Source of the DNA: Lophium mytilinum | Lineage: Eukaryota | Assembly (NCBI GenBank): GCA_010093605.1 | Contig: MU004197.1 | Coordinates: 1-64,000, forward strand | Reading direction: 5' to 3' | DNA length: 64,000 bases | In this document: positions 13,180-25,643 of the stretch, in pieces | How positions within the stretch are numbered: the first letter of the stretch is position 1 | Layout of the letters: every line of letters starts with the position of its first letter | Translations under genes and position numbers: made by a program | Notes under the pieces: generated by a model | Databases searched by the model: none | Seen by the model: only the letters and a program-made list of their open reading frames with translations | Told to the model about the DNA's origin: nothing

Positions 13180-15373
13180 TTACTACTATAAAGAGCTATT
13201 AAATAATAAGCTTATTAAAACTCTTAATAATTTAAAATATAGTAATAATATATATTATAAGTACTAGAAGTAGATAGTAATAGCTAAAGATATACTAGCA
13301 TCTTTCTATAATATTTATAGTATAAATCTTTAAAATACTATAGTTTATACTACTAAGATATTCTCTTACTTATAATTTATAAAAGTTATAATAGACTATT
13401 ATTTAGCTAATATAGTCTTTTCTGCCTAGATGCGGGAGTCCCCCTATAAGCTTTTAGCATGTAGTTAGAATATCGCTAAAACTAGGATAAACTCTACGAT
13501 AGGGTTTAGTGGAACTAACGACTCTAAATATACTCTACCGTCGACAATTAAGTAGGTAGAGCTGGACGCCCAGTTGCATACTAACGCAACTGTGCTGAAC
13601 GATCTGCTAAGTGCTAAGAACTCTTATCAAGACATCCCTCATGACCAGGATCAGAATATCACCGCCGATGTTCTGCTAACAATGGTGATCGGTCTGACCC
13701 CACCCGTACGAGTCATCCTCGACGTGGGAGCGCAAGTGCTAGACCTTCAGAATCATGAAATTGCACAGTTGTGGCTGGACAAGACTACGAATGACGATGC
13801 CAAGGCCGTCATTTTCGTAACGAAGCAAGATTTAATAGCAGTTCTGGATCGTGCTGGCACCTTGGAGGCGTTCGCGGTCTCCCCGTGGCAGCGCCAGATG
13901 GATCAGTGCTTCGTCTATCTCGACTAAGCTCATATACGGGGTACGGATTTGAGGCTTCCAATCGACTACCGAGCGGCGGTGACTCTTAGCCCTCGTTTGA
14001 CTAAAGATCGTTTTGTGCAAGCGTGTATGCGGATGAGAGATCTTAGTAAAGGCCAGTCAGTGGTTGCTTGTGCTCCTAAAGACATCCAGAAGCAAATCAG
14101 AATCTCCTGCAACAAGGCCGTGGACGAAAAGATCACCATGCTCGATGCTATTGAGTGGTGTATCCGAAATACTTGGACTCAGATTCAAACAGAAGTGCCA
14201 GTCTGGGCCCAGCAGGATGAGCGTTACGAGCATCAACAACAGCAACTCAATACGGCGCTTGCAAGTAATCCCGATGCCTTGAGCGTTTCGGTGGTAGAGA
14301 GCCTGAAAGAAATAGAGTCTCAAACCTTAGACATGCGATATGGAATCACTTCTCCGAGTTTGCACCAGGCGTGGAGATTCGATCTCCCGAAAGACAACGT
14401 ACAGGAGCCCGTTCAAGCTTCAGGCAATCCTTTAGCCTCAACATCGAAGAGAGTCAAGATGTCCGTAAATACGGAAGCAATTATTTCAAGGTGCCAAGAT
14501 TTCAACATCAGCCCTTACGAAGGCCCTGCCCTACACGAGGAGCAAGAACGCGAGTTGTGTCCGGAAAACGAACGAGAGCAACAGGTGGAGCGGCCACGTC
14601 CGATGCAGGCCCTCTCGCATGTCACCCACGCCGCGATCAAGACATTCGCTCGGACCGGTCAGTGGGGCAACCTCAAGAACGAAGCCGTACTTCCTGCCTT
14701 CTGCTCGCTGAAAACCACAAGCGCTGGTAAACTTCTCCGACCGAACGAGTGGCCTGAGGATCTCTTGGTATCCAAGTCCTTCGCACAATCCGTGAAAGCA
14801 CCAAAGGGAGAGACGACAGACGCATACCTAAAACCAGTAAATTGGATACTTAGCCGACAAACGGACGACGGCACACCACTCGGACGATGGGAACTTGTGA
14901 TAATCAGCCCTGCGGAAGCCAACGAGCTGCTCCCGACAATCATGATGCACAAAATGGTCGCACTTCACCTCTACTCGCCACGCACTCGGCAGTCAATGCG
15001 GTCACTCGATGACCTATAGTTTTGTGTCATCCCGCGACTTGAAACCAGAGGTGTACCCAGCTTGCTGATTACGCAGCTGAACCTGTTCGCCGGGCAGCTC
15101 TACCAGAACCACGATGAAGCGAACAAGACACTGTGCGAGTTCTTGGGTCTTTGGCATGTGCATCTGCTCGCACAGAGTGACGGTTTTATGAAGAAGGATG
15201 ACAGGCATTATGCTGGTCTTCACGACAGAAGCTGTCCCTTCACTGTCTCGCCTATGAACTTCGTGAAAGAGTGGCTAGGTATTCGGAGGAGAGGCCAGAG
15301 CTTCGAGAGGACGCACATGGGTGCACTGGTTGTAGTGGGAAGGGCGCTGACCGGGAAGGACTTTGAGTCTTAG
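13180..15373 (+). pseudogene. C-terminal part of a DUF3638/DUF3645-type large protein (often annotated ubiquitinyl hydrolase-like), 5'-truncated and RIP-damaged
   Basis: One frame with motifs GFSGTND, HTNATVL, VILDVGAQVL, VYLD*AHIRGTDL, LTKDRFVQACMRMR, LHEEQERE, ISPAEANELLP, QLNLFAGQLY, THMG. In-frame stops at 13925 (TAA) and 15017 (TAG), with many more 5' of 13570. Confidence 0.85.
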
Positions 15374-15514
15374 AGAAAGGCAAAGTAATGAGGGGTTCGG
15401 AAGCTTTAGGATGAACCTATGGTCTTAGATGTAGATCAATAGAATCAAGTCCAACTTTGGCAGAGAGTTGCATAACAGCGTTGCGTGATGTTCTCTAACA
15501 GTACCGGACCATAA

Positions 15515-15820
15515 CTTTAGGCACACAGATATGTCACTGCTCCGCTTCAATGTTGCTCACTCGACACCACTGTAGGGGGGAGCCTGCCAGCTGAGTAGCC
15601 AATCAGTCAAAAGGAAGTCTAGTGTATAAGGCTTGAAACTCGGTATCGCCTTTGGATCTCCATAAGTCTAGGCACACGATTCCTTAGCTTCTTAGCGCCA
15701 ATATTGCCCACTCAACACCACTGTAGGGAGTACCCTAGTAACTAATCAGCCATCTAGTCATTAGGCAGTCTGATATATAGTGCTAAAAATTAGGAGTCGC
15801 CTTCGAATCTCCGAAATCCC
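15515..15820 (+). repeat. Diverged ~151-bp tandem duplication, intergenic
   Basis: taggcacac..., cactc(g/a)acaccactgtaggg and tcgcctt..gatctcc blocks each occur twice, about 151 bp apart. Confidence 0.75.
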
Positions 15821-15929
15821 ATGGAGGTACCCCAAGTAGTGTCGAACCAATGTGCCCAAACTCACCTAACGAACCCCTTTCAAATCCCATAACCCCCGAA
15901 AAACACCTCTAAACCAGCCCCCTTCCCCA

Positions 15930-16863
15930 TCACCCCCGCCCTACAAGCACCTCCCGCAAAACCTCCCCCCACGCCCCCTCCCCCTCCCTCACCAGCCCCG
16001 CCTCCGCCGCCTTAACCGCCCACATCGCCCACTCAATCCGCCCATCCACCACCCGCACATCCCGCCCCTTAACCCTAACATCCACCTCCCTCGTACTCTG
16101 CAACGATATCACAAGATCTCTTGCAATCTCCGCCAGCGACCGCCCCCATGGCCTCCACTCCCGCACCGCCACTGCCTCCAGCGCAACCAACCGGTCCAGA
16201 CACGAAAACACGTTCTCGTGATAAGGCGTACGTGGCGCCTCCCCGAAGACGCGGGTCGCTACCTCCGTCGTGTAGTGCCGATGGCACGATTCGTTGGAAG
16301 GCCGGGAGACGGTGGTAGGTCGGTTGTTTACGGGGGCGGTCACCTGTAGCGCGCCGTTGGGGTGGGTTCGGCGAATGATTAGGGTGCGAGCCTTGTTTGT
16401 GGGAGAAGCGGGGAGGTCTGGCATCGAGCATTGGATGCTCTGCATGAAGCTCGCGGGTTCCGCGTCGTTGATGTGGAGCGTGGCGATGTCGGGCATCGGG
16501 GCCGAGACGTCGCTCATGAAGCTGATGGGGTCGGGGTCGTCGGAGGCGGGGATGAAGCGGCGCGGCGTTTTGGCTGTTTGGGGCGGGTTTTGCGTAGAGG
16601 TGCTGTGAGTGGAGGGGGCTGCGTTGGCGTCAGGCTTGGTTGCTGTTTCGGCCTGGGGGGTAGGCTGTAAGAGATGGTCAGCAAGTGACGAGTATGTGGG
16701 ATTTGGGTAGACCTACGGCTGCGTTTGCATCGTTGTCGTTAGGCACGTCTGTATCCCTAGGCAGATTCTGGAAAGGATTGGTGGGAGTAGGATGGGCTTG
16801 ATCTCCTCTGGCGGGCTGACGGGTTCCCTTCTTTGTCTGCTTCGTCTTCTTCGCACGTGCCAT
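15930..16863 (-). CDS. Hypothetical protein, 'R.dWA.W' family member A (2 exons)
   Basis: ATG at 16863 (MARAKKTKQ). Intron 16716-16665 (GTAGGT..GCTGAC..TTACAG) joins in frame to ORF 15930-16517. C-terminal VDGRIEWAMWAVKAA is shared with paralogs. Confidence 0.75.
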
Positions 16864-17677
16864 TTTGGGGTGTGACTTGAGCGTAAACCAAGACAACAAG
16901 TGCTACAAAAAAATAATTGACTATTTGCGTAGTGTGGCTGTATTGGGGTAGAGATGTTCAAAACTGCGGACCAGCGACAGGGCGACGGGTGTTTTATAGA
17001 TCAAACAATCACTACGGGAAGTGAATGACAAATGCCTTTCTTCACGCTGAGATAACATACCACTCAGTGAACGTATTTTGTTACGTGTATTATACGTGCT
17101 TCTCGCTTGTCTTGTATATCGTACGAAGAGTTCAAAAGACTGATCTGGTGGGACTACGGCATGTTAAGTATTGCACGACGGCTACTCAAGTATCCCTCGG
17201 GAACTTTGGGAATCTGGTCTCATTTGTTTGTTTATATTGGCCATTGGGCAGAAATTGGTAAAAATGGCATCTGGTATAGTCAGCCAAGCTCTCTGTAGTC
17301 GGGGGTAGATAGAGTTTGCAGTCTAGTCAGCTAATAGAAGTCAAAAGATAAGATGTTCAAGGCTCACTTTCTAAGTATCATCAATCGCAACACAAAAACA
17401 TCTCGGTTGACTTTTACTGAGAGTCTTTATAAAGGTCCCACATCATCCTGGGATTCGATATTGACATCCAAGAAAATAAAGCACGTCCCAAATTAGCGGA
17501 CTCTGAAGGACACAAAGCGTGAGAAAAGATGCAAGATCGCATGGGTTATGTTTTCGAACAAGATATTGCGATTGGATATGTTGATATTTCCATTAGCGAC
17601 AGAAACCACCATGGACTGTGTCGGCGCCAAAGTTGTTATGACTCTTATGAGCCGTAGTAGAATGGGCCCATGTTTAT

Positions 17678-19446
17678 CTAAACGCGCTCGATATGCTCGG
17701 CGTTCCTACCTGCAGGCCCAGAAACACTCTTCCTCTTGACCCGACTCTTCTCTCTCGTCTGATCAATACTCTGCGCAAACTTCGACTTAGCCCTAATCCC
17801 CGGACCCTTTCGATAGAAGACGTAGATCGGGATTGTAACCACCACAGAGATACACGCAAGAATAGTACTCGCATATTCAAGCGGTCTACCCGGTATGTAC
17901 GTGTACATGGGCGTGCTGTACAGCGCAGCAATACCAGCCAGAAAATCTCTCGCCAGATCATTACCTCCCGTAGCACTGGCAGCATACGGTCCGTAAGCGG
18001 CAGTCATGTAGTCGATACTACTCTGGTAGATCGCGTAGTTTGCGATACCGACCATGCATGAGAAGATCATGGTGGCAATCCAGGGGATGCCGTAGGAAGG
18101 CCCGAGCGAGGTCCATGCGAAGCCGAAAAGGCCGATTGCTTCAAAAGGGGCGAGGAATAGGAGCCACCACAGGCGCACTTCGGGTTTGAGGCGGTCGGGG
18201 TCGCGGCGGCGGATCTTGCGGAAGTGGTGGATGGAGGGCAGGTAAGATAAGTAGGCTAGAATATAACCAACAAGAAGACTATAGGAGTAGTCTTAATTAG
18301 CGAATGCAGGTTGAGGGTAGAATATTATGGGTGGAGTGGCTTACGGGATGAAGGCCAGGCTTACGCCGACTGTGCCAAAGCCCCATTGCTTGTATACTGG
18401 CGTGAAAGACTGGAGGAACGTGAAAATAAGCGCGTCGCTGAAGCCACTGAGTAATGATAGCCAGAGCACAATCGGCTCGGTGAAGAACATATCTATATAC
18501 ATCAATACATTGCTCAGAAAGTTGACCTTGCGAGAGAGGCTTACAGAAAGGGCGATAGAAGATAGTCCAGAACTCCTTCGGCGATAGCTTCCTTCCGCGG
18601 ATTTCATTAGGCCCATAGATGTTAGGATCTTCTCCGGTCTTGCGCCTCCGCTTGGCTTCGCGATCAAGCAGGATCGTCGCGCGGGTTTCGGGATTCAGTG
18701 CGAGATGAACAAGTTGCACTCCTCCCCCGACTAGAAGCTGTGTCCAAAAGATCCATGGGAGGGATTTGTATTCTTGAACGAAGCCGCCAATGATAGCACC
18801 GACGACGGAGCCACCAACCGAAGAGAGTACGAGGAAGGCGACGGCGTATTCTTGATCATCGGGCTCCCACATGTCCGCAAGGACTCCAAGGGTCACGGAT
18901 CCACCGGCTGTAGAGAGGCCGCCGAGGAAGCGACAAATGACATACGTGCCGTAGTGCTTCGATAGTGCGCAGGCTAATCATACGTGACATCAGTAACCGA
19001 GACAGAGAAAAGCGCTTGAATGGGGGGGAGTTCTTACGGATCTGCCAGATGTTGACGAGAAACAAGCTGAGCTGCTGGATTGGCCAGCGCCCATATTCTT
19101 CGCTCCACGGAGCCCAAAGCTCACATCCGAACGCATAGGCTACCAGGAAGGTCATTTGCGGGATTCGTGCGACCTGCTTGGTGACGCCAAAGTTCTCAGA
19201 AATTCCATCGACAGCATTGGCATACATGCTGGCATTGAGGTTCATGGAGATCTGGATTAGGAAGACGACGCAAAGAATCTGCCACTTTCGCCACGTTGGG
19301 AAGCTGTATCCAAGCTTGTCCCAGGCATCTGAGTCCTGGAGCTCGACCCGGTCATCCTTGACGATGCGGTCTGCTTCTTTCTCCTGAGCAGCCTCGCCTT
19401 CAACGTACTTGTGCTCGCTATCAGTTTCGGGGACGTTGGTAGCCAT
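17678..19446 (-). CDS. MFS multidrug transporter (DHA1-like), multi-exon
   Basis: Motifs WAPWSEEYGRWP, LGVLADMW, PETR, EPIVLWLSL, DYMTAAYGPYAASA spread over ORFs 18856-19446, 18297-18896, 18341-18667 and 17678-18178, joined by GT-AG introns. Confidence 0.92.
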
Positions 19447-20254
19447 CTTGGATTGGAATCAACGAGACTTCGAGAAGATTATGGAGAGAAATAGATGTAG
19501 ATCAGAGATATATTGCCTAGACTGACGGATGTACAGTGCGTACACCCTATGCACAGACGATAAACGACGAGAAAGCGAAGAAGGATTTGGGAACGGGCTA
19601 CAAATAAGCATTGCGTGGTACCGCATCCCACCATCATGAATATGGAGACGACGTCAATGGCGTGGCGGTGGTTTGTCCCGCCGCCTTACAGACCTCGTGC
19701 TTTGTCTCGGCCGCGATCAGACAGCGCCGATCGCTCGCGGTTAGCCATTCGGCGGGCAGCTTCTAAGACTTGCCAACAAAGCCAAGACGACGCGGGGCTG
19801 ATTTGGGGCTGACTTCGAATGCGGAGAGAGGCGTATTCCCCTCACGAGGTGCTGATGCTAAGCGAATCCTCTTGGCCGTGCGTCATGGTTATCGTTACGT
19901 CTTGTACGAGCACATAACGCCATCTTGATGGGCCTTTAGGCAGATATGGGGGGATTTGACGACGATTCTGCGTTGAATCTGCTTTTGGGTGAATGTTGTA
20001 AGGGTGAGGGAGGTCTGGGTAAGGTTCCGTCCGACGTCGTGGCAGACCCACTTGGCGCTGCGATCCCCCAGCAATTTTCAGTGGGGCCTGATCTTTTGCA
20101 CGTGAGACCGCGATGACGACGTCCCCTCCATCCAAACTTCAACACCAAACCATCAACGCGTAACGCCTCCATCTAACCTCGACATACCTCGTCGTCTAAT
20201 AGTCTCGACTTAATCCTTCGCTCCTTACCTCCCTGCTCAACGCGCGCATCTGCC

Positions 20255-21452
20255 ATGGCCGACCGGCCTTCAACGCCACCTCGAGGTGGCGCTCGCCCGC
20301 AGCCACCCATGACACCTGAACAAGTGCGGCGGATGGTACGCAATCTACTCTATAGCCCTATATGCTCTTATGCGGAGACATGTATCTAACAGCTCCCAGG
20401 AAGAAGCGCGTCTGAAAGCCAAAGCCCTCCGCGCCGCCGCCGATGCCGCGAAACCTCCGCCAGCTCCCAGCAGAACCACCCCCGCAAGCCTCAAGCGCGC
20501 CCACTCCTCCATATCCTCCTCTACCGCTCCTCCGACCCTTCGCGATGCCTCCAAGATTACACAACCTACCGATCCCACTCTCCAGCCGGCGAAGAAATTT
20601 GCCCGCGATAACTACGTCGAATATGACTTTAGCAAGATGACGGACACCAAAGGCGGGTTTCTCTCAAAGGAGGATGATCCACATAATCGTGCGATGAGAT
20701 CAGGGAGGCGAGAAGAGGAGAAAGAGGAGAAACCGGCGCATATGACCCTCGCGGAGTGGGAGCGACACCAAACAATCAAGAAGCTGCGGGCGGCGCGACA
20801 AGGGCCGTTTGAGCCCGGCATCAGCGAGCTGGATCGCAACAACGGCGCCAAAAACGGGAAGGGCCAATGCAGAGAATGCGGGAGTCTGGAGATAGATTGG
20901 AAGTGGGAGGAAATTTTCGGCGTCAGCGTTTGCGCGCGGTGCAAAGAGACGATACCGGAGAAGTACAGCCTGCTCACGAAGACGGAGGCGAGGGAGGATT
21001 ATCTGTTGACGGATCCCGAGCTCAAAGACGAAGATCTCCTCCCGCATCTTTCCCGGCCGAATCCGCATAAATCGTCATTTCACGACATGCAGCTCTTCCT
21101 GCGGTTTCAGGTCGAGGACTATGCTTTTAGTCCAAGGAAGTGGGGCTCGCCTGAGAATCTCGATGCGGAGTTTGAGAAACGCCAGACCGTATCTAAGTCC
21201 CGCAAGGAGAAGAAGTTCAACTCAAAGCTGGCCGATCTGAAGAAGCGCACAAGGGTGGAGGCTTACAAGCGGAGTAGACTTGCGGCAGTGGCAGGCGAGG
21301 GTGGGCGCGAAGCACAGTTCGGTGACAAAGTAACGAGGTATGGCGAGCGGCATGAGCACGAATGGGGTAGAGCGGTGCTTGATCCGGAGAGTGGAATGAG
21401 TAAGAAAACGTGTGTGGAATGCGGGATGGAGATTGAAGAGTTGGAATTTTGA
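20255..21452 (+). CDS. RAD14: DNA repair protein Rad14/XPA
   Basis: YVEYDFSKMTDTKGGF, C4 zinc finger CRECGS..CARC, LLTKTEAREDYLLTDPEL, PNPHKS, KWGS, C-terminal CVECGMEIEELEF. Intron 20336-20399. Confidence 0.96.
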
Positions 21453-21798
21453 TTAATATAAGAAGTCCCATTCCCGGTACTTGATTCGCACTCTGCAGCT
21501 TGCTACCTTGTTTCCTGAAACCAGTGTACACGTGTAACCACCTCTAACAGCGTCGTCAGAGCAGCAATCGCAATTTCAATCCCGTGCAATTCAGCTTCAA
21601 GATAATCCGACCCTCGGTAGCTATCCGGTTCTCAACGTTGAATCAGCCCTGTTCGAACAAGAAGAAGTACACGTCAATGTCGTAAGTTCCCATTCCGTGA
21701 GAAAATCAATCCCCCACCCGTTCATCCTTTACCAATACCACATCCAAGCTACCACACTCCCCAGCTGTCAAAACCCCCCGCACACATACTCCCAAAGC

Positions 21799-22614
21799 TC
21801 AAAAAACCCCACCTTCCCTCCTTCTCCCCTCCACCTGCCTCACCACCCCCCCACACTCCACGGACCACGCATGAAATAGCCCCTCATGCACCGCCCTCAC
21901 CGCCCACTTCGCCCACGCAATCCGCCCATCTACCTCCGCGGGCTCCATCCCCTGCCGCTCGATCTCGATCGTCCGGTCGTTTTCTAGCGCGATGACCATG
22001 TCGATCGCGATGTCTACTAAGAAGCGTTTGACGGGTTCCTGAGCCTCACGGGCGAGGACGCGGTCGAGGTTTGAGAAGATCTCTTTGGCGAGGGCGGGGT
22101 TGGAGGGGGCGTGGCGGAAGATGGCGGCGGTGGTGGAGGGGGGGCAGTGGTGCGGGCAAGGGGGCGGAGGTATGATGGTGGAGACAGGGGGTCTTGGAGG
22201 CGGGTTCATACCAGCGAGGCCTCTGGGTGTGGACTCGGCTCCAGGAACACGCTCTTCGTGGCCAGGTGACTGGGTTGACTGCAAGTCGAGTTTCGAGATA
22301 TCGGGCATTGGGACCGATATGTCTTCCATGTAGGGGTGTGGTGGGGCGCGCTGTGCGGGTGGAACGATATTGTTTTCATTGTCCGAAGCTTCATCCTAGG
22401 GTATATGTGAGCAGGTTGGCCTTGATGCGATTTTGATTGTCAGAATGCTTACAAGGGCAGACCGAGACTGCTGGCGTGTTGTAGGGACGCGGTAGCCCGG
22501 GAATGGAGCAGCGTTGCTACTGCTCGGTACACGTGGAGGTGCTTTCCGTGCCTGTTTCGGCTTGTTCTTGGCTGTCTTTCTGGCTGCGCTGCGCTGAGGG
22601 GTCTTTGCAGGCAT
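21799..22614 (-). CDS. Hypothetical protein, 'R.dWA.W' family member B (2 exons)
   Basis: ATG at 22614 (MPAKTPQRSAARK). Intron 22452-22396 (GTAAGC..CTAG) joins in frame to ORF 21799-22329. SVPMPDI and VDGRIAWAKWAVRA match member A. Confidence 0.75.
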
Positions 22615-23469
22615 GTTGTGATGATACAAAGAGGGGCTGGGGTGTAGGAAGGGGTTCTTAGGTGAAGAAGTTGTGTGTGGTAGGAATATGACCGGATTTT
22701 TTGTACGTTGTTTGTTGGAGAGTATGAGGGAGAAACAGGCACTGCAGGTGAATAGCTTGCTGTCTCGAAAGCCGAGTCGTCGAGTTCTGGATTTCCTAGT
22801 TCCCTTCACCTTTTCATAGATAGGGAAACAACAGCAACTTCTACGAATGCCGGAGCAACCTAATAGAAAGGGGTAGCTACGCGTAAAATAGCTTAGCGTA
22901 GATTAGAAGAACCCCATAGATTAACTGCCCGAAAATAGGTATCAATGCCTCCAAACTCTGCATATGCTCGATCCTATACCTAGCTCTCGTTTAAGCATCT
23001 ACCTAGAAATCTAAGAGTCACCATCCTTGTGTACGTGAGAAAAAGAAGAGTAACGGAACGCTCGGTAGATACTCAAGACGGAAGCTGATGCCGCATATAC
23101 GTACTTATACGTAGAAAGTAATATAGATCTACACGAATTGGAGCAGTAGATGCGGAGGTGTACGTTGAGCCTATATCTCTATATGAGGATGTACCGGTCA
23201 AAACTTCCTCCAAGTCGTAGCCCGCAGTGACCACTTGATTTTTTACAAGCCTGATGTCTAGAACACTTCACGGCAAGCAGTTGATTGAGCGGGCAAGTTA
23301 TACATCAAGCGGTCTACGCCCGTAATGATCAATTGCTTCGAACTATACCCTAAGAAGAGCAAATCAAATCCGTAGCTTGATTGCTCGCTCGTCGGAGTAT
23401 CCAGATCGCGCTGTTTGTGAAACGAGTTGGACGCGCGTGTCAGAAGCTCACTTCTTCGAGTATCTATAA

Positions 23470-24120
23470 GGGGAGGGATAAGCGCACGCCCCCTAATTCC
23501 TCCACGCACGCCCCTTGATTCCTCCACGCACACCCCCCTATCGTCTAATCTTCTAATTGGCTCGGAGGGCTCGGATCACTGCTCCGGCGTACTAAGGCCG
23601 TACGTGAGGCCGTACTTATGGCAAGGCTGTGCAGCATACCCGTTTTACCATGCATACTTCTAGTTTCCTGTGTATAGAGGCTATGCCTATGCGCCTAGGA
23701 GCATGCTAAAACAGTTAAAACCTCACCTTATTACGGCACCTCCGCATTAAACCTAGCACCCGTACATCGCCGCCGCGCCTACCTGGCTATCCTAATTAAT
23801 AACCCCCTCTATTTCTATTTAATACGATGCTATCTGACGTATAAGCTCCTTAACGGTAAGCCGCGCCGGCACTACCTGAGGCTGAGGCTGAGGCTCAGCG
23901 TATTATGGAGGTGTAGGATGAGGATGTGGTATTGTTGGTGGCCACAGCGTGCTTAGAGAAAGCAGTTGGAATTAGTAAGCGAGTTGAGCGTGAGAATAGA
24001 GCTCCGGGCGAAGTTCCGGCCCGTTCTGGCCAATTAGAAGATCAGACGATAGGGGGGTGTACGTGGAGGAATCAGGGGGCGTGCGTGGAGGAATTAGGGG
24101 GCGTGCGCTTATCCCTCCCC
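23470..24120. mobile_element. Non-autonomous TIR DNA transposon (MITE), 651 bp, 8-bp TSD
   Basis: ~92-bp terminal inverted repeats (ggggagggataagcgcacg... / ...cgtgcgcttatccctcccc). Direct repeat atctataa at 23462-23469 and 24121-24128. Confidence 0.95.
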
Positions 24121-24433
24121 ATCTATAATGGAGACAGTTGCCGTCCTATTCCACTTAAATTCGCAAGAAATGGCACCACTAAGAAGACCTTAAAAGCGTG
24201 GAGGGATGGTCGGTTGTAGAGCGGGAGAATATAAGTAAATCCTATTTACTATGGATATCATTTTACACTCTCATCTATTGCTTCATAGGTCACGACTCAG
24301 GATTTTGCATGTCTACACGTCTCAATACCACGCAATATGTTTTTGAGCGAGATGGTTCAAAATTGAATGAGGCTATTGACGTCCTGCAACAGACCTTCTC
24401 TAATGTGACACTCCTGTGGTGCCATCTACTTGT

Positions 24434-24873
24434 TTATGTTCTAACGACAACCCTCTCCATAAATAGTTCCAACTGTTCTGCGATGGATCCACACGCTTCA
24501 GTTGGTTCATGAAATAACCTCAGCTGAGCCGCTGACGCAAACCATTTAGCACAGTCAACGCGCCACTGAACAACTATCGCATCTTCTCCCCTGCTATGGA
24601 TAGCCATGGGTTTGTCCCATTCGAGATGATCGCTCAACGCTTCCGCGATAAGACGCACAGATCGGGGGTCGCGCTGTGTTTCGCCGCTGTTTCCACCTCT
24701 TTCTCCCATAAGCGCCTAAGTCGCTCCATCACATCCATCCAATTCTCCTTGGCTTCGTCTAGTCGTGGACGGTCAGGCATCATCTGGATAAGAAATCTTG
24801 TCTTCTCAGTGGTGCAGTGGTTGGAGCATGGGTTCAGGCTCATTGAGCTGCGGATAGGTTGCGTGGAAGACAT
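24434..24873 (-). pseudogene. 'R.dWA.W' family member C, frameshifted
   Basis: ORFs 24634-24873 and 24434-24709 align consecutively to 25203-25643, with a 1-nt deletion near 24673 (ETAAKH / RDPRS). WAKW has become CAKW. Confidence 0.8.
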
Positions 24874-25202
24874 CTTGAAGACAGCGTTTCCTGCGTTAGA
24901 TCGATTAGGACAGCGGGATGGCTCAAAGCGAGAGTTTGAGGAAGACTGAGCTTAAACAAGTACTCTGGAAACACTCAAGATAGTACGCTTTTATATTCAG
25001 CTAGGATGAAGATTGCACAGTGACCGATTTTTCACCTGATTGCTGTTTGTAGCTAACAGATTGATGCTTTATCGTGGTATTGTGATCAAATTGTTCTATT
25101 TTCTTATAGCAACTAACCTTATGACATAAGGTTTTACAGCACAGGTTTGCCCATACGTAAGATTAAACGTCTCTTGCATTCCTTCCGTGCCCATCTACCC
25201 TC

Positions 25203-25643
25203 TCAAGAATGACCTTCGACTCGCTCCATCGCCACTCTAACCTGACGATGCATGGATCCACACGTATGGTTTGGCTCATGGAACAACTTGATCTTGGCTG
25301 CCGACGCCACCCACTTAGCCCAGTCGACTCGTCGCTGAACCACCATCACGTCTTCTCCCCTGCTTTGCACAGCCATCATCGCGTCCCAATCTAGGTAGTC
25401 GCCCAACGCTTCCGCAATGAGGCCTGGCGAGCGGGGATCTCGTTTGTACTTCTCGGCCGTCTCCACCTCAGTCTTGTACAGTCGCTCGACTCGGTCTACC
25501 ACGTCCTTCAGAACCTCCATGGTCTTGCCGTGGCGAAGATATTCGGGGATCAGCTCGTGGAGGGACTTTGCCTCGTCGTCGGTACAGTGGTTGGGGCATC
25601 GGGTGGGGGTGTTGATGGGAGTGATAGATTGGTTGGAAGGCAT
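25203..25643 (-). CDS. Hypothetical protein, 'R.dWA.W' family member D
   Basis: 146-aa ATG ORF. RGEDVMVVQRRVDWAKWVASAAKIKLFHEP matches the adjacent paralog closely and members A/B weakly. Confidence 0.75.
   Translation of the reverse strand: MPSNQSITPINTPTRCPNHCTDDEAKSLHELIPEYLRHGKTMEVLKDVVDRVERLYKTEVETAEKYKRDPRSPGLIAEALGDYLDWDAMMAVQSRGEDVMVVQRRVDWAKWVASAAKIKLFHEPNHTCGSMHRQVRVAMERVEGHS

Larger units (their letters stand above)
8737..13180. other. AT-rich RIP-degenerated repeat relics, unassigned
   Basis: Extreme TA enrichment, near absence of CA/TG, and no ORF of 60 aa or more in the track. Confidence 0.85.

Noticed and set aside
23100..24219. ORFs overlapping the MITE (23258, 23427, 23926) and a possible decayed host ORF
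   Set aside because: The ORFs derive from TIR sequence and show no transposase motifs. The flanking frame has stops and no identifiable domain.
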